NCBI RefSeq assembly: GCF_963921235.1
Contig: NC_086108.1
Coordinates: 26,598,001 to 26,662,000 of the forward strand
Direction: 5' to 3'
DNA from: Mobula hypostoma
Lineage: Eukaryota
DNA: 64,000 bases
In this document: piece after piece, positions 13,571 to 25,650 of the stretch
Layout of the letters: each line of letters starts with the position of its first letter
Numbering within the stretch: the stretch's first letter is position 1
Translations under genes and position numbers: made by a program
The notes under the pieces: model-generated
Database searches by the model: none
Seen by the model: the letters and a program-made list of their open reading frames with translations, nothing else
What the model was told of the DNA's origin: nothing

Positions 13571-16011
13571 CAATAAACACTGTAGATTAGGACTATGGTG
13601 GTAACTGTACTACCTTGCTTAAAGGTCTTTGACCTTTGATCAATGTAATGCCATCTACAGTATGAAATAAATAAATAACTCAAGATGGGCCTGTATCACA
13701 CCTTCGTTAGGGCCCAACATGCTTCCAAGATCAATTTTAAACTTGACATGCTTTCCAACATCGTGCTGAATTATAATCACTGAAAGTAGTCTGGAGCCAG
13801 TGTGAGATGAAACAAGTATTTATTCTGGTGGCAAATTGGCACCACACACATAAAGTAGCTGGGAGCCATTGAGAGAGGAGAATAAATTTGTACTCTAGTG
13901 GCAAATTGGTCCAACAAAGCCCAGCTCAGCCATAACCCAAATTGACTTCAACCAAGGAGTTGTGGTCAGGATCAAGCTCAGGTCTCTGGTACTGGGGGAA
14001 GTGGCTCTACTAGATGAGCCACTAACATGTACCCAGACAAACCTTTTTTTCAAATTGCTTTGTTTGAGTGGCACAGCCGGTTTATTCAGAAGCACCAAGT
14101 TTGACATCAATACTGTCGACTGCACTGTTTTTTTTCTTGTTTGCTTGTTGGTCATGTTCCCAAGGTCAAATCTACTACCCTTCCTGGAAGTGTTTACATA
14201 GTGACTGATTGCCCACTAATTGAGTACTGCAGTAAATATTCTATTCCTTGTTTGCAGCCACATGTCAGTCAGTAATCCAGTGAGCTGCAGTATTCAGAGG
14301 AAGAATTGCCTATCTTTAAACCATTGGTTAATGCCATGAGCATTGTCCCCAGTGAGCACTTTGCAGGGTTGTGCAGTTATATTTATAGTCAGGCTAACGG
14401 CTGAGTGGCAGTTTTTAAAAAATGCGTAGTTTTCCTTAGGAGCTGCTTACTGATGAATAATTCATTCTGTTTCCACTGATTCCTGGAGCCAGCCCTCCTT
14501 TCCCATTGATTATGATTGTATGACTGCATGCACTCTTTAAATATCCCAGCTGGGAGAAGAGAGGCTGCTCGTAACTGCCTAGTGGTGCATTTTGCTTCAG
14601 GCAGAAACATGAGCTTCCCATCCAACTGCTTGGTATTTCTAGCTGTCTCAAAAGATCCTGTCTCATGGAAATATAGGCCTGGATTTGATGTGAACTCTCT
14701 CTAAGCTAGAGAGTCCATGCAAGATGGTGGGGGGGGGGTGGGGGGGAACGGTCATGATTTTGGGAACGTTATAAGGGATTTTGCCTGACCTTTGTGAATC
14801 CTTGTCATTAAACATCAAACCTGCCCAAGTGATTTGAGTAAGACACTGACAATCACACTTCAGTGGGCTGTGCAGGTAGCAATTAGAATGAATCAGTCTG
14901 GTGGTACAGGGGTAGTAGTTACATCCAATCTGATCCTTTCGAAGAGGAAGTAAAATAACTGAAGGCAGAGTCACATGATATAAATAAAAAGCACTGCAAA
15001 TAAGAGAAATGTGAGGAAGAACTGTCTGGACACATGGCCTGGCAAACGGGATAGCTAGCCCTGCAGCCAGGGAATGGGAGTGGGCAGTCAAGGGACATTG
15101 CCCCACAGCCAGTGGGAGTAGATTCGGAAGCAGCAAGCATCGCTTGGCTACCAATTGGCACTGACCTTGCTGGCCTTGCCCCAACAACAGCTTCTTTGGT
15201 CTGATACTGATCCTCTCCCATATTCCTGCAAGATTACTGGTAGGTTTTCATGCAGAACTATATCAAACAGGCTTCCAGTGTCTACCTTGTTTCTAAGACC
15301 TAGAAAGCCTGCTAACATTTAATAATGAACACCACATTATTATCCCCACTTAGGTGTGGTTCTTTTCACTGCTTCTGATCTTCAGCTGATTTCCACCTTT
15401 TGCACAGAATTTGCACATCTTTATCAATGCACATATTGCAGTTGCTTCTGTCAGCTCTGTAGCACCTCAATTGAATGATGTTTTCATTATGCTTCATCAA
15501 TATCTAGTCCAGGCATTGCTGATCTTCATCCTAACATATCAAGTGCACTGTCCTTGATTATTTTGTGTAACAATTGGATTTATTTTCCCTTGTGAATGTT
15601 TGTAGGAATGAATAGCCAAGTAATTCTACTGCTTTGTCTTAAATCTCAGTTATTCCTCCACTTTTATCTTTGAATGTTTTGAATGCCTCCCTAACCCCTC
15701 ATTTGCAATATGAGACTGAGAAATGTTCATTACTGTGGTAAATGTTCCTTGGTGTATTCTTTCATAAAAAGCATTTCAAGTATTTCTTTACATTTTACTT
15801 TACTGTTTTACTGTTTCTCACTGGTTTTGTGCAGCAGGCTATAATCTGCTGCCAAAGTAGTGACAAGGGTAATGGGGCTTACTGTAGATTTTGTATAAAT
15901 GCTACATCATCTTTAGGTGAGGAACAGACATGAAGTTAACTGCAAATATCCAAAAGGTGCTCCCTAATTTTTGCCACTGCACCATTTGCTTCCTGAAAGT
16001 GTTGGTATAGC

Positions 16012-16609
16012 TGTCATCACCCTTAATAAAATGAATAAATAAGTAGCTAAAATAACTAGGCCCAGACTCTTACAACTCAAACATTCTTTTTATTTTACTT
16101 ATGCACAAGGAGAACAGCATGGACCCTGTCACCACACTGTTCTGAAATCTGAACAGAAAACCGCAATATTTATACAGAATTGGCTTATCAGTTATGGATA
16201 TTGATCATTGTAAATTGTATATTTGTGAATTCATAAAATCAATCGCCATTACACTAGAGGTGTTAAAGTCAATCCAAACTTCAAGTGGACAGTCGAGGAT
16301 ATTTTGAAGTTGGTAACAACAAAACAGACTCAGTTTTTTAGATATGTTTCACATCCTTCTGTTATCTTGTCCGTCTCTGGCACCCTTCAATGTGTAATGG
16401 AATGCTATGTTTTAGGATGATCTTTCTGTAAGGGTTGCAACTACAGTCGCCTCACTCATCAGGCTTGGGTACACATTGTCGCAGTGAACCCAGCCTATTT
16501 CATCAGTAGTAAGCAGAGGAGTCTCTGGTGGTCTTGTTTCGAAAGTCTCAGTTGCTACAACTGCCTCAGGCCATCCTTGCTTTAACCTTTGCCTACTGCA
16601 ACTTGCACA
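16012..16609 (-). repeat. ERV 3' LTR (about 600 bp)
   Basis: On the - strand it starts TG right after the polypurine tract aaagaggagggggagggaa (16610-16628). It has TATAAA (about 16170) then AATAAA (about 16090) and ends ...gatgaCA. Confidence 0.7.
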
Positions 16610-16832
16610 TTCCCTCCCCCTCCTCTTTGTCCTGTAGAGGACAACACTAATCTTGCTGAATTTCAATAGCACAGTCTCTGAAGCTCTGTGACAGTTTCAT
16701 CAGGGACAGGGTGCTGTTGGTATCAGGGATGTATGTGCAACACACCTGGTACAAGGACTACCTCTCTTAGACAATACAAAGTCAGGTGCAAGTCAATTTC
16801 GGGGGCCACATCATGGACTGGCCGCATTTCGT

Positions 16833-17633
16833 CAGTCATAGTAGTCATACTTTATTGATCCCGAGGAAAATTGGTTTTCATTACAGTTGCACCATAAATA
16901 ATTAAATAGTAATATGTAAATTATGCCAGGAAATAAGTCCAGAACCAGCCTATTGGCTCAGGGTGTCTGACCCTCCAAGGGAGGAGTTGTAAAGTTTGAT
17001 GACCACAGGCAGGAATGATTTCCTACGACGCTCTGTGTTGCATCTTGGTGGAATGAGTCTCTGGCTGAATGTACTCCTGTGCCCAACCAGTACATTATGT
17101 AGTGGATAGGAGACATTGTCCAAGATGGCATGCAACTTGGACAGCATCCACTTTTCAGACACCACCGTCAGATTGTCCAGTTCCACCCCCACAACATCAC
17201 AGGCCTTACAAATGAGTTTGTTGATTCTGTTGGTGTCTGCTACCCTCAGCCTGCTGCCCCAGCCCACAACAGCAAACATGATAGCACTGGCCACCACAGA
17301 CTCGTAGAACATCCTCAGCATCGTCTGACAGATGTTAAAGGACCTCATTCTCCTCAGGAAATAAGGATCGCTCTGACCCTTCTTGTAGACAGCCTCAGTG
17401 TTCTTTGACCAGTCCAGTTTATTGTCAACTCGTATCCCCAGGTATTTGTAATCCTCCACCATGTCCACACTGACCCCCTGGATGGAAATAGGGGTCACCG
17501 GTGCCTTAGCCCTCCTCAGGTCTACCACCAACTCCTTAGTCTTTTTCACATTAAGCTGCAGATAATTCTGCTCACACCATGTGACAAAGTTTACTACCGT
17601 AGCCCTGTACTCAGCCTCATCTCCCTTGATGAT
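16833..17633 (-). mobile_element. Rex1/Babar LINE, 5'-truncated, inserted in the ERV env
   Basis: WCEQNYLQLNVKKTKELVVDLRR...YKYLGIRVDNKLDWSKNT...RKSFLPVVIKLYN, with an (atgact)-type tail. Confidence 0.9.
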
Positions 17634-18167
17634 GTCATTGATGAACTGGCTCGTGTCATGTAGTGCTAAGGCTATGTTAGTAGCCAGTTTCTCCAGCAGT
17701 GCTGAGGCAATGTTAATGCTTTCATGAGCCATTTTGTTGAGTTCCCAGAGCAGGAACGCTACAATCCAGAGACACTCAGTGCAACCCACATTAGAATGTA
17801 GAAAGAGAGTGGGCCGGTGGTACATCTGTGGTACTACACAGGCCCAGCAGAATTACCCCTCCATGGTTTTGGTTCGGACCAAAACTCCCATTATAGAAAG
17901 GGTAACTTGGCAGCCAGTGATATCCACATAGCTGGTAAGTACCTTTAATGGGATTCAGAGGGTCACCGGTAGTATAGACATTGTACTTACTGTTACCTAA
18001 GTCTAGTCCCGTCCCTTGAAGATTACAATAACACATTTCACCTCCATCCCCATATAGCAACTTCAGAGCGGGGGGTTATTCAATCATTGCAACTCCTTAC
18101 AGTAATAATTTTGTTATTAAAGTATAACACAGAATCAAATTCACTAGGATCCAGGGGTATAAATGTA

Positions 18168-18848
18168 AGGAGGATTTTCCCACTTGCAGGAGGGAGGAGA
18201 AGATGGTGGCGCGACGCAGCGCGCGCGGCCATTCCGAATGAATATCGTATGTGTAACTAGGGGGCCTTGCACAATCCGGATTTGATGGAGACAGCCGTGA
18301 GAAGCACGGAGGAACACCTGGAGTAACTTCTGAAAAGCCTGCTTCGCCGCCGCTGCTACTGTGCGATCGAGAACCTCTGGAGACGAAGACCCCAAATCCT
18401 CGGCTTTGCCTATTGCCTGTTGCCGGGGCTGGGGTCGCAGCGCTCGGCAGAGATGGTGCTCGGTGCTCGGTGCTCGGTGTCGGAGAGCTGGTCGGAGGCT
18501 CAGAGTTTTCAGACGGACTCAGAGTTGGACTGTGGTCGGATGCTTCCAGGATGCTGCATCGGCAAGTTGGCGGCGCTGGATGTTTACCGTCTGCGTGAGA
18601 TGATGGGACTTTCGAGAGACTTTGAAACATTTACTGTGCCATGGTCTGTTCTTATCAAATTATGGTACTGCTTTGCACTGTTGTAACTATATGTTATAAC
18701 TATGTGGTTTTTGTTAGTTGTTAAGTTGGTTTGTCATGTGTTTTCATGATATCATTCTGGAAAAGCATTCTATCATTTCTTAATGCATGCATTACTAAAT
18801 GACAATAAAAGAGGACTGCGTGTCCTCATAGTCTAATCTTATCTAATC
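18168..18848 (+). mobile_element. Non-autonomous CpG-rich retroelement with (aatct)n tail and 8-bp TSD
   Basis: taaatgta at 18160-18167 and 18849-18856. 5' aagatggtggcgcg motif; aataaa before the tail; no credible ORF. Confidence 0.75.
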
Positions 18849-19443
18849 TAAATGTATTGGCAATCTACGTTCTGAATGTACAGACATTCTCTAGAGCACA
18901 CCAAACAACCTGGCCAATTAGTATGTGACACATGTTCATAACTAAGGTGAAGAAAAACTTTAGGAGCAGTCGTGTCTTGGGATACTTCTGCATTTAGGCA
19001 GAAAGTAGATGTCCAGATTACCCGAAACTTGTAATGCATAGTGATTACTTAATAGTGGTGGCAACTAGCAAAGTTCAAGAGTTCAGTCCATTTGTCCTTA
19101 TCATCATGGTTCTTCCAGCCACCTGCTTCCAGGTCCAGTGGCACTGTTAGCTTAACGTGCAAGGCATATATCCACAATGGCTTTACATGGACCTTTAAAG
19201 CGCTATACGTGGTCAGCAACACTTGGAATGGATTTTCCCACAGGCAGTTCTTTCATCAGTAGACTCTTACCAGTACACAAACTCCTGACTGGTAGATCTG
19301 ACACTCTGCAGCAAGCATGATCTTCTGGGCTTCAAGTACCTGTTAATGAGAAACTTTAAGAGCTTTTATTAGAAACCATAGAAAAACTACAGTACAGAAA
19401 CAGGCCTTTTGGCCCTTCTTGGCTGTGCCGAACCATTTTCTGC

Positions 19444-22371
19444 CTAGTCCCATTGACCTGCACACGGACTATATCCCTCCATACACCTCCCATCCATGTA
19501 TCTGTCCAATTTATTCGTAAATGTTAAAAAAGAACCCGCATTTACCACCTCGTCTGGCAGCTCATTCCATACTCCCACCACTCTCTGTGTGAAGAAGCCC
19601 CCTCTAATGGTCCGTTTAAACTTTTCCCCCCTCACCCTTAACCCATGTCCTCTGGTTTTTTTCTCCCCTTGCCTCAGTGGAAAAAGCCTGCTTGCATTCA
19701 CTCTATCTATACCCATCATTATTTTTTATATATCTATCAAATCTCCCCTCATTCTTCTACGCTCCAGGGAATAAAGTCCTAACCTATTCAACCTTTCTCT
19801 GTAACTGAGTTTCTCAAGTCCCGGCAACATCCTTGTAAACCTTCTCTGCAGTCTTTCAACCTTATTTATATCCTTCCTGTAATTTGGTGACTAAAACTGA
19901 ACACAATACTCCAGATTCGGCCTCACCAATGCCTTATACAACCTCATCATAACATTCCAGCCCTTATACTCTATACTTTGATTTATAAAGGCCAATGTAC
20001 CAAAAGCTCTCTTTACGACCCGATCTACCTGTGACGCCACCTTTAGGGAATTTTGTATCTGTATTCCCAGATCCCTCTGTTCTACTGCACTCCTCAGCGC
20101 CTTACCATTAACCCTGTATGTTCTACCTTGGTTTGTCCTTCCAACGTGCAATACCTCACACTTGTCAGTATTAAACTCCATCTGCCATTTTTCAGCCCAT
20201 TTTTCCAGCTGATCCAAGTCCCTCTGCAGGCTCTGAAAACCTTCCTCACTGTCTACTACACCTCCAATCTTTGTATCATCAGCAAACTTGCTGATCCAAT
20301 TTACCACATTATCATCCAGATCATTGATATAGATGACAAATAACAATGGACCCAGCACTGATCCCTGTGGCACACCACTAGTCACAGGCCTCCACTTGGA
20401 GTAGCAATTCTCTACTACCACTCTTTGGCTTCTACCATTGAGCCAATGTCTAATCCAATTTACCACCTCTCCATGTATACCTAGCGACTGAATTTTCCTA
20501 ACTAACCTCCCATGCGGGACCATGTCGAAGGCCTTACTGAAGTCCATGTAGACAATATCCACTGCCTTCCCTTCATCCACTTTCCTGGTAACCTCGTCGA
20601 AAAACTCCAATAGATTGGTCAAACATGACCTACCAGGCACAAAGCCATGTTGACTCTCCCTAATAAGTCCCTGTCTGTCCAAATACTTGTAGATTCTGTC
20701 TCTTAGTACTCCCTCCAATAACTTACCTACTACCGATGTTAAACTTACCGGCCTATGATTTCCCAGATTACTTTTCAATCCTTTTTTAAACAACGGAAAA
20801 ACATGAGCCACTCTCCAATCCTCCGGCACCTCACCTGTAGACAGCGACATTTTAAATATTTCTGCCAGGGCCCCTGCAATTTCAACACTAGTCTCCTTCA
20901 AGGTCCAAGGGAACACCCTGTCAGGTCCCGGGGATTTATCCACTTTAATTTTCCTCAAAACAGCAAGCACCTCCTCCTTTTCAATCTGTACAGTTTCCAT
21001 GATCTCACTACTTGTTTCCCTTAATTCCATAGATTTCATGCCAGTTTCCTTAGTAATTACAGACGCAAAAAACCTATTTAAGATCTCCCCCATTTCCTTT
21101 GGTTCCGCACATAGCCGACCACTCTGATCTTCAAGAGGACCAATTTTACCCCTTATAATCCTTTTGCTCTTAATATACCTGTAAAAGCTCTTTGGATTAT
21201 CCTTCACTTTGACTGCCAAAGCAATCTCATGTCCTCTTTTAGCCCTCCTGATTTCTTTCTTAAGTATTTTCTTGCACTCCTTATACTCCTCAAGCACCTT
21301 ATTTACTCCCTGCTTCCTATACATGTCATACAACTCCCTCTTCTTCTTTATCAGAGTTGCAATATCCCTTGAGAACCAAGGTTCCTTATTCCTATTCACT
21401 TTGCCTTTAATCCTGACAGGAACATACAAACTCAGCACTCTCAAAATTTCTCCTTTGAAGGCTTCCCACCTACTGATCACACTTTTGCCAGAGAACAACC
21501 TGTCCCAATCCATGCTTTTTAGATCCTTTCTCATTTCTTCAAATTTGGCCTTCTTCCAGTTCAGAACCTCAACCCTAGGACCAGATCTATCCTTGTCCAT
21601 GATCAAGTTGAAACTAATGGTGTTGTGATCACTGGAACCAAAGTTCTCCCTTACACAGACTTCCGTCACTTGTCCTAACTCGTTTCCTAACAGGAGATCC
21701 AATATTGCATCCCCTCTAGTTGGTCCCTGTATATATTGATTTAGAAAACTTTCCTGAACACATTTTACAAACTCTAAACCATCTAGACCCCTAACAGTAT
21801 GGGAGTCCCAGTCAATGTATGGAAAATTAAAATCCCCTACCACCACAACTTTATATTTCCTGCTGTTGCCTGCTATCTCTCTGCAGATTTGCTCTTCTAA
21901 TTCTAATTGACTATTGGGTGGTCTGTAATACAATCCCACTAATGTGGCCATACCTTTCCTGTTTCTCAGCTCCACCCACGAGGACTCAGTAGACAAGCCC
22001 TCTAATCTGTCCTGCCTGAGCACTACTGTAATATTTTCCCTAACAAGCAATGCTACTCCCCCACCTTTCATTCCTCTGCCTCGATCACATCTGAAACATC
22101 AGAACCCTGGAATATTAAGCTGCCAGTCCTGCCCCTCCTGTAGCCAAGTTTCACTAATTGCTATAATGTCATAATTCTACATGTCAATCCACGCCCTCAA
22201 CTCATCCGCCTTCCCCGCAATACTCCTAGCATTGAAATATATACACCTCAGAAGATTTTTACCACCACTCACAACCTTTCTATTAGCGGATTTGCTTGAA
22301 CTTTTAACATCATTTATTTTCACCCCAGCCACACTGTTAGCTCTGGCACCCTGGTTCCCATCCCCCTGCAA
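19444..22371 (-). pseudogene. CR1 ORF2 (AP endonuclease + reverse transcriptase) with about 4 in-frame premature stops
   Basis: YFNARSI, GDFNFP, SDHN, YMDFSKAFD, GVPQGSVLGP, KFADD. Segments 22177-22371, 19891-22071 and 19444-19719 share one frame. Confidence 0.92.
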
Positions 22372-22373
22372 AT

Positions 22374-23342
22374 CTAGTTTAAAGCCTCCCCAGTAGCACT
22401 AACAAACCTCCCTGAAAGGATATTGGTCCCCCTGTAGTTCAAGTGTAACCCGTCTCTCTTGTACAGGTCCCACCTGCCCCTGAAGAGGTCCCAATGATCC
22501 TGAAATCTGAAACCCTGCCCCCTACACCAGTTCCTCAGCCACTTGTTCCTCCTCCAGAGCATCCTATTCCTACCCTCACTGGCACCTAGCACAGGTAGCA
22601 ATCCTGAGATTACTACCCTGGAGGTCCTGCTTTTCAACTTCCTACCAAGCTCTCTATACTCACTCTCCAGGACCTCCTCACTCTTCCTTGCTATGTCATT
22701 GGTACCGATGTGCACCACGACATCTGGCTGATCACCCTCCCACTTCAGAATGTCATGCAATCGATCAGAGACATCCTTGACCCTGGCACCTGGGAGGCAA
22801 CAAACCATCCTGGATTCTCTGTCACGACCACAGAACCTCCTATCTATACCTCTAACTATCGAGTCCCCTATCACTACCGCTCTCCTCTTTTTCCACCCTC
22901 CCTTCTGCACTGCAGAGCCAGACTCAGTGCCAGAGATCCGGCTACTGCATCTTGTCCCAGGTAAGTCACCAGTCACCCCCCCAACAGTATCCAATGTGGT
23001 ATACTTGTTGTTGAGGGGAATGGCCACAGGGGAACCCTGCTCTGCCTGCCCTTTCCTCTTCCCTCGCCTGACAGTGACCCAATTTCCTATCCTCTGCTCC
23101 TTTGGCATAACTACCTCCCTGTAGCTACTATCTATAATCTCCTCATTCTCCCGAATGATCCGCAGGTCCTCCAGCTCCTGCTCCAGTTCCCTAACGCGGT
23201 TTGTCAGAAGCTGCAGCTGGATGCACTTCTTGCAGGTGTCGTTGTCAGGGACACTGGAGGGCTCCCTGACTTCCCACATCCTGCAAGAGGAGCATTCCAA
23301 CATCCTGCCTGGCATTCTCTCTACTCTAAACAATCTGAACAA
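22374..23342 (-). CDS. CR1 ORF1p (zinc finger, coiled coil, SGNH esterase); probable ATG at 23315
   Basis: CSSCRMW...CKKC, VRELEQELEDLR, VIGDSIVRG, HIGTND, DGLHLN; the frame is open. Confidence 0.88.
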   Translation of the reverse strand: MFRLFRVERMPGRMLECSSCRMWEVREPSSVPDNDTCKKCIQLQLLTNRVRELEQELEDLRIIRENEEIIDSSYREVVMPKEQRIGNWVTVRRGKRKGQAEQGSPVAIPLNNKYTTLDTVGGVTGDLPGTRCSSRISGTESGSAVQKGGWKKRRAVVIGDSIVRGIDRRFCGRDRESRMVCCLPGARVKDVSDRLHDILKWEGDQPDVVVHIGTNDIARKSEEVLESEYRELGRKLKSRTSRVVISGLLPVLGASEGRNRMLWRRNKWLRNWCRGQGFRFQDHWDLFRGRWDLYKRDGLHLNYRGTNILSGRFVSATGEALN

Positions 23343-23699
23343 AAAACTTACCGGAACCTACCCTGGTCTCTGCCTGGTCTCGCCGAAGCCTATTGAGCCA
23401 AAGCCATACCACTCTGACTCAGTCCACTCCGACGATGGCTGCTACAACGATGGCCACTGTATATGGCGGTCTGTTTTTAAACCTTGGCGCGCTACGTCAC
23501 GCGCCTGCGCAGTGCAGACCCTTCTCCCCGAGCAGTGTTTAAAAAAATGACTTTTTCTACCCGATTTCTTCACTTCCTTCTCAGCTGCTTGCTTCGACTG
23601 AAACAAGAACTGTTGAAAATATTCTCTTTTTAAACCTTGGCGCGCTACGTCTATACAATGCTAATGCTATACAATAATGCAACATGCCTTTGCTCATAA

Positions 23700-25650
23700 T
23701 ATGGATGTCCATCTGTTTAATTAAAAGGGTGGGGTGACTGGCAGGCGCATGAGATGTCCCAAACTATCTCATGCGGAGATAGGCCTGATACGCAATTTGG
23801 AGCACAGAGCATTGTCATTGGGGCCAGTGGAATTGCCTTCAGCCACTTTATCTCAGTGTTATTGTGCAATTTAGCTAACCTGTTTTTCAGAGCCCCGTTC
23901 TGTCCTTCAGCTTCCCTGTAAGATTGACAGTGGTAAGGGCAGGTGAAATACAAGGCCTTTGTTAATTTCTATATAACTTTACCTGTAAAGTGAGGACTAT
24001 TATCGCAAGATTTTTCTCAGGGATCCCAAACTTAGAAATAAATTCTTAGAATAAAATTTAGCAATAGTTACAGCACAACTTCTCTGAGTTTGATGACCTT
24101 CTACCCACGTCTATAACAACACAATAACAGGTGCATAATCACAACCCATACACAGACATCCCACCTCCCCTGGAAATTGCGGGAGTCTCCCGCATATTGA
24201 TAGCGGCTCCCTGATGCCCGCAAATTATATACAATATCCCAGAAATCGATTTTTTTGAAAGCGAGCGAGAGAGAGAGAACGTGGGAGCGAGAGAGAGTGC
24301 GAGAGAGAAAGAGAGCGTGAGAGAGAGTGTGAGAGAGAGAGAGAGAGAGAGAGCAAGAATGAGTGCGAGAACGAGAGGGAGTGCACGCGTGAGAGAGAGA
24401 GAGACCGCTATGGCAGAGTGTTCCAAAAAAATATATAAAATGTACTTCACCCCACACTACACTAAAGTGTGCCCCTGCCTAATAGGGGTCAAAATAATGA
24501 CAGTGTTGCTCGCTGCACTGTTTGCAACAGTGACTTTTCTATTGGCCATGGTGGGTTAAGACTGTAAAAGACATGTTGAGGTGAGTTTAACAGGTGTCAT
24601 TTGTTCATTAGCATAGCTAATGTATTTAAGCTAGCTGGCTAGCTGCAAAGGAGCTACTCTATTGCAGACATCCCACCGCTCCCGGAAGTTCCGTGAGTCT
24701 CCCGCAAGTTGATGGTGCTACCTCCCTGAAATTAATTTTTGTAGGGTGGGATGTCTGCATACATTTAGATAACTCCATGAAGTTCATTTGGAGATGCACA
24801 GATAACCTCCTGAGGGAGGGCCCAGTGGCTGGCAGCAGATACCAGCACTGTCTTTTGGGATTATGTCTTTGGCAAATCATACGGTTGCTGCTACTTTTCT
24901 TGTGATAGTGGAGAATCCCTCATTCTCGATTATCCCCTCACCCTTCATGATATTGCGCATAGTGTGCTTCAGTTCATAAATTGCTTTCAGCCTCTGATGC
25001 ATCACATTGTAATTAAACTAGTTCATCAAAAGATTTTGGAAAGTATTGGCAGCCTGATCTCACAAGAGTGTTACATGGCCAGAAATATCTGCTGTTGCTG
25101 CCTTAGCAAATGAGTCAGCTCGTTTGCTCCCTCTAGTCATTTCATCATTCCCATTTGTATGAGCTACATAATTATAACAGCAATTGTAGTAAGTAATTGA
25201 AAAGCAAGAAAAGATTCAGAGTTAGTTCACCGTGTTTTATCAGAGTTCTGAGAGGTGAGAAACTCACGTAGTTTCCTTAATTGTCCATTGTCATGTGCTA
25301 CTCCAAAGGCATAATGATAATCAGTGTCCCTGCTGCAAGAGAGCAGGCTTTTGTTACGGCAAAAATGGCTTGAACAAATAATTTGAAGTAAACTGCATAG
25401 TCTATGGTGATGGTGGAGAGGGAGGCAGAAACTGCCATTAAAGGGCATCTTTGAACCCAGTGGCCAGGCTGTCTGCAAACAAAAACATGCCCCTCATGGG
25501 CATCCCCATGTCCGCTGTCCCACTTCCATGTTTGTTGGATCAAAGAACTGTAAAACCCACTGAGAATTTATTTCACATTTAGAATAGTTTTATCTACACT
25601 GTTCAAAACAAAAATTACCAGTCACAAGCAGGTAATGTTAAGCAGGCAAG
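23700..25650 (-). pseudogene. ERV pol remnant (RNase H + integrase); C-terminus continues at about 19140-19369
   Basis: ORFs 25227-25478, 24659-24880 and 23717-23953. Removing the 24153-24757 element restores FMELSKCM|GCDYAPVIV...WVEG in frame. Confidence 0.85.
24153..24757. mobile_element. Non-autonomous DNA transposon with 13-bp TIR and 6-bp TSD
   Basis: TIR cagacatcccacc...ggtgggatgtctg; TSD cataca at 24147-24152 and 24758-24763. Contains a GA-rich tract and an internal copy of the left end at about 24665. Confidence 0.88.

Larger units (their letters stand above)
16640..19110 (-). pseudogene. Retroviral env pseudogene (gamma-type TM), interrupted by two insertions
   Basis: SU-like KGTYQLCG and WACVVPQMY. 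Heptad MAHESINIASALLEKLATNIALALHDTSQFINDI continues across the Rex1 insertion as DEMRPVHDVA, (R)N*LAPDFVLSKRGSPCT and CCTYIPD, with frameshifts. Confidence 0.8.
19370..23650 (-). mobile_element. Near full-length CR1 LINE inserted in the ERV integrase
   Basis: 5' UTR, ORF1, ORF2 (APE + RT) and 3' tail are all present. Confidence 0.95.

Noticed and set aside
16950-17825. 291-aa novel protein
   Set aside because: Chance in-frame fusion of env remnant and Rex1 RT C-terminus.
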